DNA of 63,388 bases, counting the filler, from Intoshia linei (Eukaryota; Animalia; Orthonectida), in NCBI GenBank assembly GCA_001642005.1. It is 5 parts of 5 records of this genome, joined end to end, with 100 filler letters (N's around TTAATTAATTAA, not from the genome) between each part and the next. Parts side by side here need not be neighbours in the genome. Positions count along the whole stretch, not along the records: positions 1 to 23,796 come from LWCA01000547.1; positions 23,897 to 54,071 come from LWCA01000381.1; 3 more parts are not named here. One strand, given 5' to 3'. This document shows, one piece after another, positions 15,618-29,930 of this stretch (the stretch's first letter is position 1; each line of letters begins with the position of its first letter). Below the pieces are notes generated by a model. The model did not search any database, was not told the origin of the DNA, and saw only the letters and a list, made by a program, of their open reading frames with translations. A program made the translations under genes and the position numbers.

Positions 15618-18536
15618 ATGACAAATTTGATTAAGCTTAACGGGACATGGAATCTCTGCGAAAGTGAATTTTTCGAAGAATATATGAAGGATTTAAGTAA
15701 TTTAAGGATTATTGTATTATACAAATCAATCAATTTCAATCAAATGGAATTATACAATCACTTGTTTTGTTTTTATTTTTTAAAGGTTGTTTGTTATTTA
15801 CAGAAACCGATTCTATTTATTTTTTAATTTACAATGTTAATTTTACATTTTTGTTAATTTTATAGCAATTTTTGGATTTGCATTTATTTATTATTCTTTA
15901 TTAATTTAAAAAATAAATTATAAACACTTTACTAATGTGAATATTACAGATGATCATTGATCAACCATGTCGAATTAAATTACATGGACGGCATGATATA
16001 TTTTTACGATTTATAATTACAAAAATTATTTTTTTATCATAAAATTTGTAACAGTTCACAACCAGTTAGTTATCAATCTAGTCATATTAGTTTATCAACT
16101 TTTTAAAACACTGATAAATCGATGATGAATTAATAAGAATTTGATATTAATTTATATTTAAAATTTCATGAAACATATCGAGAAAGTTTGTTTGTTTTTT
16201 CTCTATTAATTTTCTGTATATGTTGATAAATTCTATAGTTTTAAGAAAATTTAAGATATTTTTAGCTAGATTCTATACCGTAGCCGAGACCACTCTTCGG
16301 CTCTCTTTTTTCCTTGAGCATTCAAAAAATTATATTCTAATATCAACTATTTTGTGTGTTAAATGTAAAATATCAAGTCAAGAGCCTTATAAAAGTAACT
16401 AGGGACTATATCACATTGCAAAGTTTGTGAAATTTTTTGTAAGGACCTATTTTTTATTTTTGTTTGGCCTCGAGCTGAGTAGGTTTGGCTCCGTTTTATA
16501 CAATTTGATATTTTGATTATAGTGATTTATTATTATAGAAATTGGATTTTTATTCAGAAAGGCTTCTAGTAATTTGAAGCCAATACAAGTAATTGATTTA
16601 ACTGAATCTGGGGGATGTATTGAAACAAAGTCTACATTCAAAAATATGAAAATTGAATTTGATTATGGAGTTGAATTCACTGAAAAATTACCGGATGGCA
16701 CCAAATTTCTGGTAATTTGGAATTTTTGAAATGTATAGTACATCGGGGTGTCAGTCATTTTTTTGTATTAACATTTTTTATGGCGCTTAGCGCGCATTCC
16801 AATACGTTATCAAAATAAATTGGAATCATGTATTTTAATTACGAATCCATCAACAAGTCACCAGTGACGTGAATATAGAGATCATCTTTTAAAATTTATA
16901 CCCAAAATTGATGAATTTTAGTCTATTTTATCGGTTTACAGTTATCATAATCATTTTAATACAATTTTGTCGTCTTAATTGAAATTAACAGTGATTAAGT
17001 CTTACATTTTAAGTGTATATTTTTAGAATTATTTATTAACCAAAATTCCACATAATAATTTTTTGATTATAATTAATAAATCATTGAATTTTACCTCATA
17101 TTTTCTATTTTTATAATCCCTTTTGCTGTGTTTACGAGAATATTCGTAACCCAACCATTTTTACTTAAATCCACTTTTACCAACCTTTAAGGTAAAAATC
17201 CCAATTTTACTAATCGTTATGGGAAAACCCACTTTTACCAACCTTTAATGGAAAAATCGAGTTTTACCAACCCTAAAATTAAAAATTTGGTTTTAAAAAC
17301 CCTTTAAGGAAAATTCCAGTTTTACCAACCTTTAAAGGAAAAATCCAGTTTTACGAACCCTAAAAGGAAAAATTTTGTACCCGTTGTTTACAATGGGATT
17401 AAACCTAACGTATTACTTTTATTTATGAACTAAAAGTGGATAGATTCGAAATTGAAACATTATTCTTGTTTATTTTGAGAACGAATTGGATCGAGCGCTA
17501 AGCGTCATGCAAAATGCCAATATAAATAAATTTTATTAAAATTTTAAAAAAATGAAGATGTACCGAAATTTTTTCAGAACCTTTAAGATGCGCCACGGAA
17601 AAATGTTTGGGAATTATACGTTTGAAATTTAATTATTATAATATGTAGACAACCATAACATATCAAGATGGCAAGTTGTTTCAAAAACAAATTGGTCAAG
17701 TCGATTCGAAGATTACTCGTGAGTATCAAAATGAGGACACTATGAAAATGGTATTTTTGTTTAACTTGGGCATTTTCAATTCATTATAATAATTATTTTG
17801 TAATATTACATGAGTGTTTCCCAATCTATCAAATTTTAAATTTTAGTTGAGATATTAAATAATTTCATAGTATTACTAATCAGAGCGTTTTAAGGCATGG
17901 GCAATATGGTCTGTAGCCTAGGGCCACTCATAAAAAAGGCTCCAAATTAATAAAAGTACTTTACATTTATATCTTAAAAAGAGGTCTTAAATCTTAAGAG
18001 AGTATCTAAAAATGACTGCATGGTGCATATTTTCAAATGAAAAAGTAAACTTTGTTCATTAATTAATGTAAGTAGGTTTTTGTAAAAGAAGTAAAAGTTA
18101 CTAGAAACATACATAATATTTTTTACTGCTTGTATTATTATTCAATGAAATCTCAACGCTCAAAATTTTAAAGGGCCCTCGGTCCTTTACTTAGCCCAGG
18201 GCCACGAAATGGCTTAATACGGCTCGGTTACTAATTACTAATGTCAGTTACCAATCAGAAATTTTCATCCGTTTAAAATTTAAATGATGCTCTTGGATTG
18301 TGTTAGAACTATTTTAATGTCACTTTAATTTTATGAAACGAGTCTATAGTATTATTTGTTTAAACTTTAAACCTTTTTAAATTCATTTCAAAAAAATTAA
18401 TTTAAATCAATAAAAGAATGAACACTTGAAAATTTCCGGCTTAATATGGTTTGTTATGATTTATTTTTTTATACAAATGTAGATTCTGGAATCTCCAAAT
18501 GTTACGTGTACGCGGATATACAAAAGAAAGATTTGA
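15618..18536 (+). CDS. FABP: Fatty-acid-binding protein (135 aa); exons 15618-15696, 16539-16711, 17649-17750, 18483-18536
   Basis: GTWNLCESEFFEEYMK, TKSTFKN..IEF..GVEF.E...DG, ITRE, C-terminal CTRIYKR (R-x-Y ligand motif); canonical 3-intron FABP structure. Confidence 0.93.
16737..17565. mobile_element. Inverted-repeat element carrying an internal ~29-bp tandem array (about 17150-17375); ends approximate
   Basis: ATGGCGCTTAGCGC..TCCAAT versus ATTGGA..GCGCTAAGCGTCAT; array unit about TTTTACCAACCTTTAAGGAAAAATCCAG. Confidence 0.55.
17881..18227 (+). mobile_element. hAT MITE, same family as 5229-5825, in the opposite orientation
   Basis: 8-bp TSD TTACTAAT on both sides; shared termini and internal sequence. 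Confidence 0.85.
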
Positions 18537-19040
18537 TAATTCTTAAATTAATACATCATGTATGAGCATTTATTAATAAATTTAAAGTACATTGTACGTT
18601 ATGTACAAAATGTTTTAAATCTTGACGAGGGAGTATGAACTCTTGAGCAGCATATTTGATAGTTTATAAAACAAAAAATAAGTTGATTGAGACTAATAAT
18701 AAGATTAATATAATGATTAATGGATCAAATTTGTCCTGATCAAAATATTTCGTAGGCCTCGATATAATTTTTGTAAAATAGGAGTCTAATTTTTCCAAAT
18801 TGAAAATTAAAAATTAACATTGAAAAACAATGTAACTATTTTATGTGGTAAATTTAAAATTCAAGCCAAAAGTCTAACAAATTGGTTAATAACATAACCA
18901 CTGGTTATGGGTGACTATTAAATTTTTTATGAGCTATTTTTCATTTTAGGGTGACCTCGAGCTTGGGATAATCGGCTCTGCGTAGATATACATAATATGC
19001 ATTACATATTTATGTGTGAAATTAATATTTGACAGTTTAT

Positions 19041-21290
19041 TTATATCACATATCGCTTTTTTGATAAATGAAAGTTTTCATTTCGTTTAAGTATATAGTC
19101 CTTGTCTTTGTAATAATCCCTGTCTTTTATTAAGGTATGTTGTTTTCTTAACAAATGAATAGATGCTTTGGAACATGTCCTAGAAACAATTTAATTTAAG
19201 TTATTATTAACAATTTGTAAATTCGGTTTGCCAGATTTTTTTATATAAACTTCACATAGGAATACTAATTGTATCATGGTACAATAAACAATTTTAACCA
19301 TTTTATTGAATCAAATTGATATCATTTTCTGTAAATAATAGATTTATGACCGTAGAAAACTAATAGTGAGCCGGGCAAGATAGTAGATTGTAGTGCAAAA
19401 TATAAAATGTAAAAAAGATTTTTAGTTCGTTTATCCATTATTAAACTTTTTGCAGTGTTCCTCTGTTGGAGTAAACAAATTTCGCCTCACCATAATAAAA
19501 ATTTGTCTAACACCACCTATTACTTTAGAATAATGAATCCTTGAACTGCCTAGCCCTAAAGATCCATAAATGTATTTTAAGTGTTCCTTTAATTAATTTG
19601 TTCATTCAGCCATTCAATTCTGTTGTCAACGTTTAATTTGTAATTAATACAACTTTCGACGTTTAAATGATTCTGACCAATAATATTCTGGATTATATTT
19701 TTGAAAATTTTTCAACGTCATAACTATTTGGTTTAAGCTTTAAACAGTAACATTTAAGCCCAGACCCGCAGACAGATACATAGGGCCTATTTTTGATTAT
19801 TAACAATGGGAAATAAATCGTTATTCTAATAATTTTCATTTCTCGTTTACTCAGGATAATAGCAAGCCTAAATAAGTCGCAGGGAACAGGAACATTCGCA
19901 AAATAATAAAACATGCCATAATATTAACACCGATTATTTTGATATATACAAATTAATAACTTACCTAAATAACTTTGCAACACTGTAAGAACTGGATCTG
20001 GAAATATTGACTCCATTAAATCTAACAAGAACATCATTAATACAAACCCCGGCTATTTCTGCAGGAGAACCTAATAAATATATTATAAATATTTTGAAAT
20101 GAATTTTAAATTTTTATTAACAATCTGAAAAATAGCTAAATAAATACACCTTTTGAGTCACGACGGTAAAATTTTTTAATTGACAAAATTAGTAAAAATA
20201 TTTTTTAAATTTTCTAGATAATTCTACCCAAAAATGATGTCTGAAATATACAATGTATATGAAAAGTTAATTTTCACTTTTTAAAAAAAATTAAAACCAA
20301 CACTGAACTGTACTAACAACTATTAAAAATACCTTGTTCAATTCGGCAAATATAGACAGGATTTTCACCTGAAACAACAACACCAAACCCAACAGAATTT
20401 GAAACTAATTCCACATAAAAAGATTCCATAGTTTTCATTAAATGAGAACTAACATTGGGTACGTCAAGATTCAATGATTTATTTTTCTTATATTTCAAGT
20501 GTTTCTTAATCCCGACACTACACGGCAAAAGACAATACCAGCCTGAAACATTTTTAGATTTTTTCAACAAACCATAAACTCCAAACGACGTAGTTCCAAT
20601 CAATTCATGACAACAATTCCCACCAGGCCGATTCCATATATTGATACAAATGCGTTTATTGTAATCATTTTTAGTGAATTCAAAAGTGTTTTTTTGATGG
20701 TAAATAGGATTTGTATTATTTAGTTTAATTTCTTCATTTTGGTCAGGTTTCAAATTCTTTTCATCAATAACATCAATTAATTTACATTCAACAAATGAAT
20801 TACAAATTTTATGACAAGTTTGAAGACTTTTTGCTCGAATAACTAGAAAAATGTATATAGATTTAAAATATAATATAAATAAAACAAACTAAGAATTTAT
20901 ACAACATTAATCAAAAAACAAAATACCGTGAACTGTAAACAATCCAACATTGCCGTAAATTTCAATTTTGACAATACCCTTAAATTCCTTAAAAAGTTTA
21001 AATTTATCAATTTCACGAGTCGACAAAGTGTGCAAACTAGTAGTTTTATCAGAATATGAGGTTTTTTCTATAGAATCTTTGCCATCGAAATCTTGACAAT
21101 CTTGATCATCGAGTACATTTTCAATAGATTGATTAATTAATTTGATAAATTTTTGGGAAGGTTTATGAAAAGTTCTTAACTCGTATTCACTAGAAGTTGA
21201 AGGAAAATTTTCAAGTTTTGAACAAGTATCCTGTTTGGAATGTGGTGGAATTGGACTATGTCCATTTAAATTTACAAGTGGCTTATACAT
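19041..21290 (-). CDS. C2-PDZ protein (RGS3 N-terminus-like); exons 21290-20927, 20842-20333, 20070-19965, 19179-19041; further 5' exons possible
   Basis: C2 domain KRICINIWNR...LIGTTSFGV..LL...VSGWYCLL...GIKKHLK closely resembles the RGS3 C2 region; PDZ GFGVVVSGENPVYICRIEQGSPAEIAGV..NDVLVRFNG. Confidence 0.8.
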
Positions 21291-22183
21291 TTGACTTTGT
21301 AATTCTAATGATAAAAATTACAATATGTACAGATATATTATACAATTTATTGAAATTTTGATAACCAATTTTGTACAATAATTAATATTACTCAATTATA
21401 AATTCATTTAAAGGGTTTAATATAACAAATTATCCACATGATATGCAATAGAAATATATTTAATTAACCAATATCTCACAATCAAACTACAATATCTATA
21501 GTAAATACATAATTCAAATACAATATGTTGGAATTCAAATACAGTATATTGGAAATTTAAGCCGACATGTTGAAAAAATTACAACGCAACCATTGTAAAG
21601 TGCACACATATGTAGTTGTACTAAAATTAACCTTAAAAATAAAATATTACCATACAATACTTTTCTTTGTGTATAATACAATAATGTATTGCATTTTGAT
21701 CAATAAATGAAAAATTACAATTATATATTTTTTCAATTAACAAAAGTTAAAAATTTTCAATTAATTGCATGAAATTAATTAGATTACAAACAAAAAATTA
21801 AAATTTTGTTCTTCAGTATAGTTTAAAATTTAAATTATTCAAAAATGCACGTTACGGATTAAAGGATTAATAATTAAATACATGTCACAAAATGTTTATC
21901 GTTTATATCAAAGCCACTCGTTAGAATTTATTTTAAATTTCAAATTAGAATTTTGTTAATTCTCTTAAATTATAGTCGTAATTGACTACAATGTAATCAA
22001 AATATTAAATAATTACTATATCTATGTAATAGTATATAATTAAAATTATTATTTTAATTTAAAATCAAAATAACAAATACCAATGTATTAATTGAATGTT
22101 ATTATTATGATTAATCACTATTAAGATGAATATTATTGATCAAAAAATCATACGCGTTAGTGTTCCTTGTTGATCAACTAGAC

Positions 22184-22522
22184 CAGTGGTTCCGGATTCA
22201 AATAGTTTAAGGACCCCCATTTCTAAATATTATTTTTTTTGGAACCCAAAGGAAACATAAAATGTATTGTACATTGTATAATACATTTATGAAATTTTTT
22301 TTATTACATAAATAAAAAATATGTAAATATAAAGCCCTCCGTTAATAATGATTATTACTCCAAGTTTTTTATTACAGTCTTTAAACCCTACTATTCCTAA
22401 TTATGATAACATACATGTATATTCAAATTTAAAGAAAATTTTTTTTATTTTATTTGAATCTCACGGACCCAGCATATTTTTTTAGAACCAAGGGATCCAG
22501 GGACCCCAATCGGCAACCACTG
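22184..22522. mobile_element. hAT Charlie-like MITE
   Basis: CAGTGGTTCC ... GGCAACCACTG; degenerate 8-bp TSD AACTAGAC/AACTAAAG; related copy at 28061-28433. Confidence 0.75.
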
Positions 22523-23347
22523 AACTAAAGAAATTTCACCAAAAAAATTAAAGACAATTTTTTAACTCCTACGCGAGAAATATATTAACATGTAAATAAA
22601 AAATTTTAATACATCACAGCAAGTACGTGGTAATTATTAATGATTCAATAAATTCTATATTTTTGATACCAATTTATTCTGACGGATTTTCATTTAGACG
22701 TTGCATATACAAACATTTATATTATGATTATATGTAATTATTTGGTTTAATATCATTTATTTTCAAACTTAAAATATGATTTATTTTCAATTGCTAGATC
22801 AGATTCATTGATTCAACAGTCTTCAACCATATTATAAATCATTATTGACATCTGACGCTCCAGACACCAAGTTTCTTATGATACTATGTCTAAATGGTAC
22901 ACATTTTATTTACATGTTAGCTTAAAAATATCTTTAAAAATCATCAAAATCAATCAACATTCTGTATTCATTTTCTGTAAAATCAATTACATTTTACATA
23001 AATATATTTTTTTAAAGGTTTTAAAAATTCAATTCCTTTCTTTCCAACAACAATCTTTTAATTACATAAAATTGAATTCTGCTTGTCATCGTTTATTTAT
23101 AAAATTCAGTCCTTAAATTTAAAAAACCAAATTTTTAATAAAGTTTTTCAGAGTGATCTTTATCTGCCAGTTAAATTTTCAGAAATTGAGTTTTCAGGAT
23201 TAAAAACTAAATTTCCCCTGTTTTAAAATAAAAGAATCCTATTATTTAAAAAAATAAGTTCCTGAAAAAGTTTTAAAGGGATTAACATTGTCGTAAATTT
23301 AAAGATTCTTCATGATTAAAACCACAAATTACCATTTTTATAAAACA

Positions 23348-23796
23348 CTAGCTTGGCGGTTTTGTACTACGTACAAACACACCTAGCTCTGCCTAGGGCC
23401 AAGTTTTTTGATTCTACCAAAAAATAACTTCAATAATAAATTCTTAATTAAAAATGCTACTCATTAGTATGAAAATGAGAATTTGAAATTTAAAAATTGC
23501 GAAGGAATTAATTATACAGATTTTCACCCATATTTCTTTATTGGAAATGTGTAGACGTTCAATGCATATTTTTTTTGAAAATTTAGGTTCAATATTTACA
23601 TTTTTAATTTTTATTTTAATCGAAATGTTTGAAAAATATTGGTTGATAATATATTAAAAGTATTTTTCATCGGGAATGCGTAGATTCCTCGGGTTAAAAT
23701 TTTGTATTTATATTAATTGAAATAAGCTCTATCAGAATAATCTTTTTTTTAATTTTCAGACCGTTAATTATTTCACATTTTTTGTTTTAATAAAAT
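23348..23796 (-). mobile_element. Helitron family 3' part, running into a gap
   Basis: CTAG end plus TGTACTACGTACA hairpin. Confidence 0.7.
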
Positions 23797-23896
23797 NNNN
23801 NNNNNNNNNNNNNNNNNNNNNNNNNNNNNNNNNNNNNNNNTTAATTAATTAANNNNNNNNNNNNNNNNNNNNNNNNNNNNNNNNNNNNNNNNNNNN
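23797..23896. other. Scaffold gap linker (N44-TTAATTAATTAA-N44)
   Basis: Identical six-frame-stop spacer at all four gaps. Confidence 0.97.
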
Positions 23897-25501
23897 AAAC
23901 CTCATTTTTGACAAAAATGCAGATAGAACATTATAACTCTAACACTGCGAATTATCAAATGGCAAAATAGGTTTTTACAATTTTATTTTTTCTGGAATTT
24001 ATGCTATTTATGTCAATTTTTAGGATTGTACTGTTTTACTTTAATTTAATATTATACACATTCTGTCTAATAAACTAAATAACGAGATAACAATATTTTT
24101 TAAAATTCTTTATGCAAATGTTAACAAAAAAAATTAAGATAAAATAATTCACTTTAAAGTAAAAAATAATGTGATATGACGGTTCCACCTGAAACAAGTT
24201 TGGGAACCACTCCTTTAAATGATTAATAATAGTGTATAGTAGCATTTTTAATATAAATTTTCTATTGTACTTCATTTTTCTGGTAGAATAAAAATGTCCG
24301 CTCTCGACAGAGCTAGGATGCTATTTGTACGAAGTACATAACAATCAAGATAGTTCAATAATATAATTTTCAATTTAAAAAATGAGCCATCAACCTTCAC
24401 CCAATGAATTGTCTCGGTATGGTATGTTCGGCTCTGTCACCGTTGCATAATTAAAAACGAAAATTCAACAACTATGGTTACTGGTCAATAATATACCAAT
24501 AAAGTTTATTGGCTCAAAATATATTTGAAAGTACTTAAACAGAAGTAAATATAAACAATATTTCCATCACTGAACTAGATGAACATTTTGATGATTATAA
24601 ACATTTACTGATAGTAAAAAATATTCTTATACTTTTAATTTGGCTTTAGCCAAATGTTACGGGTGTTATTTTAAGACCTCGAAAAAATGATCAAATTGTA
24701 ATTCCACCTCCAAACAAAACGCCAACTTGGTATATAAATATTATAAACCTCAGTCGTAAATGTCGCTAATAATTGTATTAGGGCGGAAACAGTCTACTGG
24801 TCAGGTAGGGAGGATTCATGATTGATTTTTTACACTAGTTTAAACATTGACCACCTTAAAAAACATTTATATTTGAACCTTATCTTAGTGTGAAATGTAT
24901 ATTTTTTTGTTCGTAATTCATAAAATATCAAAATATATTGATTGAGCAATGATCATTCATGATATTATATATATGGTCTCAGAAATGTATCAAAAACAGA
25001 ATAATGTAAATATTAATTATTCAAAAGCATTTATTAATTAATTAGCGGATTAACAATATTTCTTGTAGAGTTTACTGACATTTACTAAAACTTGTTTAAA
25101 CCGTACCGTACCCTCATTATCTCTGGTAGATAAATGTGACTTCCGTTTTGAAATTCATCATTTTTTCAAAATAAACATTAACAAATTAAATTCTTGAATA
25201 TTTTGTGTGTTAGAATGTCAAGTCAAGACCCTTGAATAGATGGTTAAGGTTATATGACACTACGCATCGTTCGCTAATTTTTCATTTTCGGGTGACTGCA
25301 AGTTTGCTAGGTAGTATTGAATAATTATTGCTATCTTTTAGAAGACAAAAACCCAGAAAAAATATGGATATAATCGAAATGAATGTGACCAGTTAATCAA
25401 ATTCGGATGCTAGTTCACCAAACAAATTTTAAATATTATGTATCTAACCCCCACCTTTTAAGAACAATTTTTAATATTAAATTTAATTACACGTTTAAAA
25501 A

Positions 25502-27192
25502 TTAAAATTTGTATATATCATTCATAAATCCCTTAATTTTCTTTTGAAGGGAAACATTTTCATCGAAATTAGAAATCATTTCATCAATGTGATTTATACT
25601 ATAATTAAAATGGGAAATATCTGGATTATATCTATCAAGACTCTGAATTAAATTCTTTTGTTGAGTCTTTAAAGCGTTTAACGATATTTGGATTTGGCTT
25701 ATCTGTTGATTCAACTGCATAGTTATCATTGAATTATATATTTTTCCAAATTTTTTTTCATACGAAGAGTCTTCATCGTCACGCTTAAGAGAAGTGGCCA
25801 TGGATGCGTTTTTGAAATTCTAAATTATCCATGCATATAAATTAAAATTTAGTTACATATTTAACATCGTCATCTTTGAAACTGTCAATTTTTGGGAATT
25901 TAGATTTGTTGTGTAAATTCTGAGTCTAAAGATATATATAGATACATTGGAAAATATTATACATCAAGATCAATTTCGCTATTTTGCCATTCGCCTACAG
26001 CTAAATTGAAAATTTACATTAAATTATCGGGGTTTTACATTTTGAATCCGAATTGGCTCCATTGGTTTCATGCCTGGAAAACGATTCTCTAATAATGAAT
26101 TGAAAATTAATTTATTTAAAATAATATAATCGTCTTACATGCTGTCGTCGTCATATTTCGAGTCGTTTAGGTAAGATTTATCAAATTCGAAATTTTTATA
26201 ACTAATTCATTTTTGCTTATTTAAATTTTATGAAAAAACCTGGCTAGTTTGCTTTCATCAATTTGCATGTCTATCCCATGGTTCGATCTAAATATGTATC
26301 AAGTAAAAAATTTTATACGTACTTCATATGGTAGACCAGATAGTGTTGTGCCGAAAACAATCGACCACACTCCTTTACACTACAAATTACGGTGTTTGAT
26401 TTTATGTGGTTGCTAAATTTAACAATGTTAATAATAACGTCAAGCCTAACAATAGATGGCTTTTTAAAAAAACTAATCGAGAAAAGACACATTTTGTTGG
26501 GCAGTCTTTCCACATGCACTTGGATGGTAAGTTTTCACGACAATGCATTCTAAATTATAATGATTCTTATCGATGTGTGATGTACACGCTGTGGGTTTTG
26601 AATTCTTCATAAGATTTGAATACACAATTACAATCCTTCCACATGCAAACAATTTTAGACCTAGTAGTGTTTCAAAAATAATTCATTAAAAATTACTCGG
26701 CATCCCCGTAAAGCAAAATACTTTGCGAATATTTCCCTATGCCGTACTGTCGTGAATATATGCCGTGCTGTTTTCTAAATGCATTGTTTAATATTTATTG
26801 CATTAGTCAACCTTCGGTGAAGAAGTAAGTATCTTCTCTTTTTGAAAATTGTTCTGCAATTGGGTACGTCACATTTTAAAACGTTGTCGCTGATGTGAAC
26901 TCTAAAAAGGTTACCAGTTTACAATGAAAAACGTACAGTAGATGATTGCTCAGTAATTGACGATTGGTAAAAACATCAGAGTTGCAGTCTTCCCATTCGC
27001 ATTGTATGGGAGGGAGATCAGCACAATGGTCGCGTAAATGCTTCCTCAGTTCAGTATCATCCTTGAACGTGCTAGTACAATCTCGCCACATGCATTTAAA
27101 AAATTCTTCCGAAGTTGTGCTGATTTATGATTATCATAAACATAAATTATTTACCTCGATACATTGGAGCAGTTTTGAATGTCTTTTTCCAT
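25502..27192 (-). CDS. Multi-C2H2 zinc-finger protein with CxWxxC fingers (HINFP-like); many short introns, internal exons only partly resolved
   Basis: CMWRDCTSTFKDDTELRKHLRDH, CEWEDCNSDVFTNRQLLSNH, CDVPNCRTIFKKRRYLLLH, CMWKDCNCVFKSYEEFKTH, CSVKECGRLFSAQHYLVYH; C-terminal coiled-coil-like ORF 25502-25801. Confidence 0.75.
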
Positions 27193-27655
27193 TTAGGAGT
27201 TTAAATTAAAAATTTCTGAATCGATGTTTGTCAAATGAAACTAACAAACATGAGCTGAACGTTATGTAGCTTAACCTATAAATTTGTTTAGCACAGCTTT
27301 GTCTGAAGCCTTAGCAAAGTCAAATTGCACTTGTTCATTGTATATTTATAACTAGGCAAATCGCTATCTACTGCAGATCCGTCAAATGTTCGCTGTTAGA
27401 CGACTAATGGTTTTGATTCAAAATATAGTATTCTATTTATATTAATTCTCGGAAGATGAATATTAACAGTTGTCGCTTAGAACTTGGCTCACAACTAAAT
27501 TAAACTGTTGACTATATTGAATTTGTTGTTGAGACGTTACAGAAAAACTAGGTTTGTGTTTAGGAGAAACGTCTCCGCCTTAGAAATTTTGTATATAAAT
27601 TAAATTAATTAATACAATTTTGAATTGACCAGAAAAATAATTTTTACATTAATAT

Positions 27656-29805
27656 TTATTCTAATATAGATTTATTTAAAACTCCAGAATCACAACATAT
27701 TTTGTTTACGGCTTCATCAGATCCACCCTAAATTATAATTAAACTTTGTACAAGCTAGTAATAATCAACGCTAGGACATTGAAAGTGGTCCAATAGGCCT
27801 GCTGTATTTTTTCGATATTGTCGAATGTATCAATAAATTGAAAACCCTCTAAAAAGTGACTTTTTCAATAGATATCTCTTTTTATTTGTAAATACAGATT
27901 CTTCGATTACTGTGGTTAAGCAAACCAATAATAAACCAATAATAAACAAATTATTGTACATAAATAGAATAAACACATAGTATGTAAAGTAAATATTTTA
28001 TAAAAATAAAACAATACAAATACAATAAACATAACAAAACTATCATGTCAAGGTCTAATTCAGTGGTTCCCGATCCAAATTTGTACGGAGCACCATTTCA
28101 AAATATATATTTTTTTGGACCCCAAAGGAATCATAAAATATAAAACATTTAGTAAAAAATTAAAGGTTTTTCTCATAAGATTTGGATAAATCACGTTTTT
28201 CAAAAAAATATTGCAAAAAAGGAGATTTTTCATTTAAGAATTGGTAAAATTGTATTTTTTATTCAATTTTATTACTGGTGGAATAAAAATAATATTTTTG
28301 AAATAATATTGTAACCCGTATCAGCTTTGGTATAAATTCCATACATCTGCCAACTGTCATAAAAATAAACATAAGTTGATATTTTATTTGAATCTCACGA
28401 ACCCCAAGAGTCTAGAGACTCTAGGAACCACTGGTATAATTAGATTTATATAAATTGAGAACCACAAAAATATATGGAAATATGACCTAACAAGTGATTC
28501 AAAAAAACTGCAATAAGGAGCAGTAATATTATTCGATTGAAACTTATCCAGTTTTTTCGAAAATATTTTTATAATTTTTTCATTATAAAATATTAATCGA
28601 CCACTTTTTTCGGAAACCTATTGTACAAGTTAAAAAATAATATTGTTACATTTAAAGTTAAAATACTAGCGAATAAAATTTAATTTGAACAGATTAAATT
28701 ACAACAGGCATAATTCTAAAAAATTAAACTACAAAACTGGAAAATATAATACTTACAAAACATTTAAACGTATTACTATTGGAAAATAGTATTATAATTT
28801 AAATGTATTGTTTTTTAAAAAGTAAATATAAATTAGTTCATGTACTCTTTCAAAACATTTCTTGAAATTTTTTAATTATATCATATAAAAAGTCAAATTA
28901 ACAATTTTAGACCTCCTCTGCGATGACTTGGATGAAATTTTTTCAAATAATTGTATATCTTTATATTGTTTTACTAATAATTTCTCAGTTTATTTTGAAT
29001 TGTAAAATCCAACTCTGATTTAAGTGGAAAACTTATTAATGACTATACCAGAGGTGGATAAGCATTTACTGTTCGAAGGCCGCACTAACGTCCCAAAAAA
29101 AATTTAATATGGCCGCACGTTTCTAAATAAAATTTAATCAAATACAGCAGTGCTTTTCATGGAGGTGACTGGTCACTCCAAGAGGTGAATAATAAAATTT
29201 TAGCATATCTTTTTCAATTTAGTAAAATCTTATGAGAAAAAACCAAAATTTTACCAACCCTTAAGGAAAAAATCCCATTTTACCGAAATAATATTATAAA
29301 TAAAATAATTCAAATTATTGAGAAGGCCGCACTTTCCCCACTTCTGGTCTATACCATTAGAATTTGACACTTTTCTTAAATCTCAGGCCTATTAGAGACG
29401 ATATAGGACGATTTAGGCGGCCTAGCAATAATAATATTCTATTAATAATTTTTCTTGGCACATTGATATATTTAATGAGCCATCAAATGAAAAAAGTTGC
29501 TACAATCGTTTTTCACTATATTCTATTTTTTGGTCTTGAATTTTCGACATTCTAGTGCATATAAATAAAAGAATTTACTCGTAATCTAATTTGACCACAA
29601 ATTGATACAGTGTTTCTTCCATCAGTCATGACTCCAGTTTCAGAATCAATTTTAGCAATCTGTATTTGAACTGATCCATGATCATTAGGTCCAATAATTT
29701 TACCACTACTCATACTAAACAATTAACACCTTTAACGATAAAAAATTACCATTTCTTAGGAATGTACATTAAATGGTTTTCGATACGTAAATCTGATTTT
29801 GTCAT
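27656..29805 (-). CDS. RPS21: 40S ribosomal protein S21 (eS21), 87 aa; exons 29805-29750, 29714-29579, 27727-27656
   Basis: Spliced product MTKSDLRIENHLMYIPKKCMSSGKIIGPNDHGSVQIQIAKIDSETG...SICGQIRLRGGSDEAV matches the eS21 pattern YVPRKC..DHASIQ..ICG.IR..GESD; absent from the ORF track. Confidence 0.92.
28061..28433. mobile_element. hAT Charlie-like MITE in RPS21 intron 2
   Basis: CAGTGGTTCC ... GGAACCACTG; TSD GTCTAATT/GTATAATT. Confidence 0.8.
29049..29346. mobile_element. hAT Charlie-like MITE in RPS21 intron 2
   Basis: CAGAGGTGG ... CCACTTCTG; TSD GACTATAC/GTCTATAC; subterminal GAAGGCCGCACT repeats. Confidence 0.8.
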
Positions 29806-29930
29806 TTTGAAATTTTTTACAATAAATAATGTGTTGGAGCGATAAATAAATTTAATAAATTGAGTAGTTACTTTGTTGTAAAATTTACAGAAACAAAATA
29901 ACTTTTGTTAATGAAACATAACTATTAAGA

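Noticed and set aside
17150-17375. ~29-bp repeat array as CRISPR or telomeric sequence
   Set aside because: Degenerate minisatellite inside an inverted-repeat element; no spacers
23841-23852. Recurrent TTAATTAATTAA between N runs
   Set aside because: Artificial six-frame-stop scaffold spacer, identical at all four gaps
22790-24900. Possible extra 5' exons of the C2-PDZ gene
   Set aside because: Slightly GC-richer patches with splice-like sites, but no convincing phase-consistent, recognisable translation
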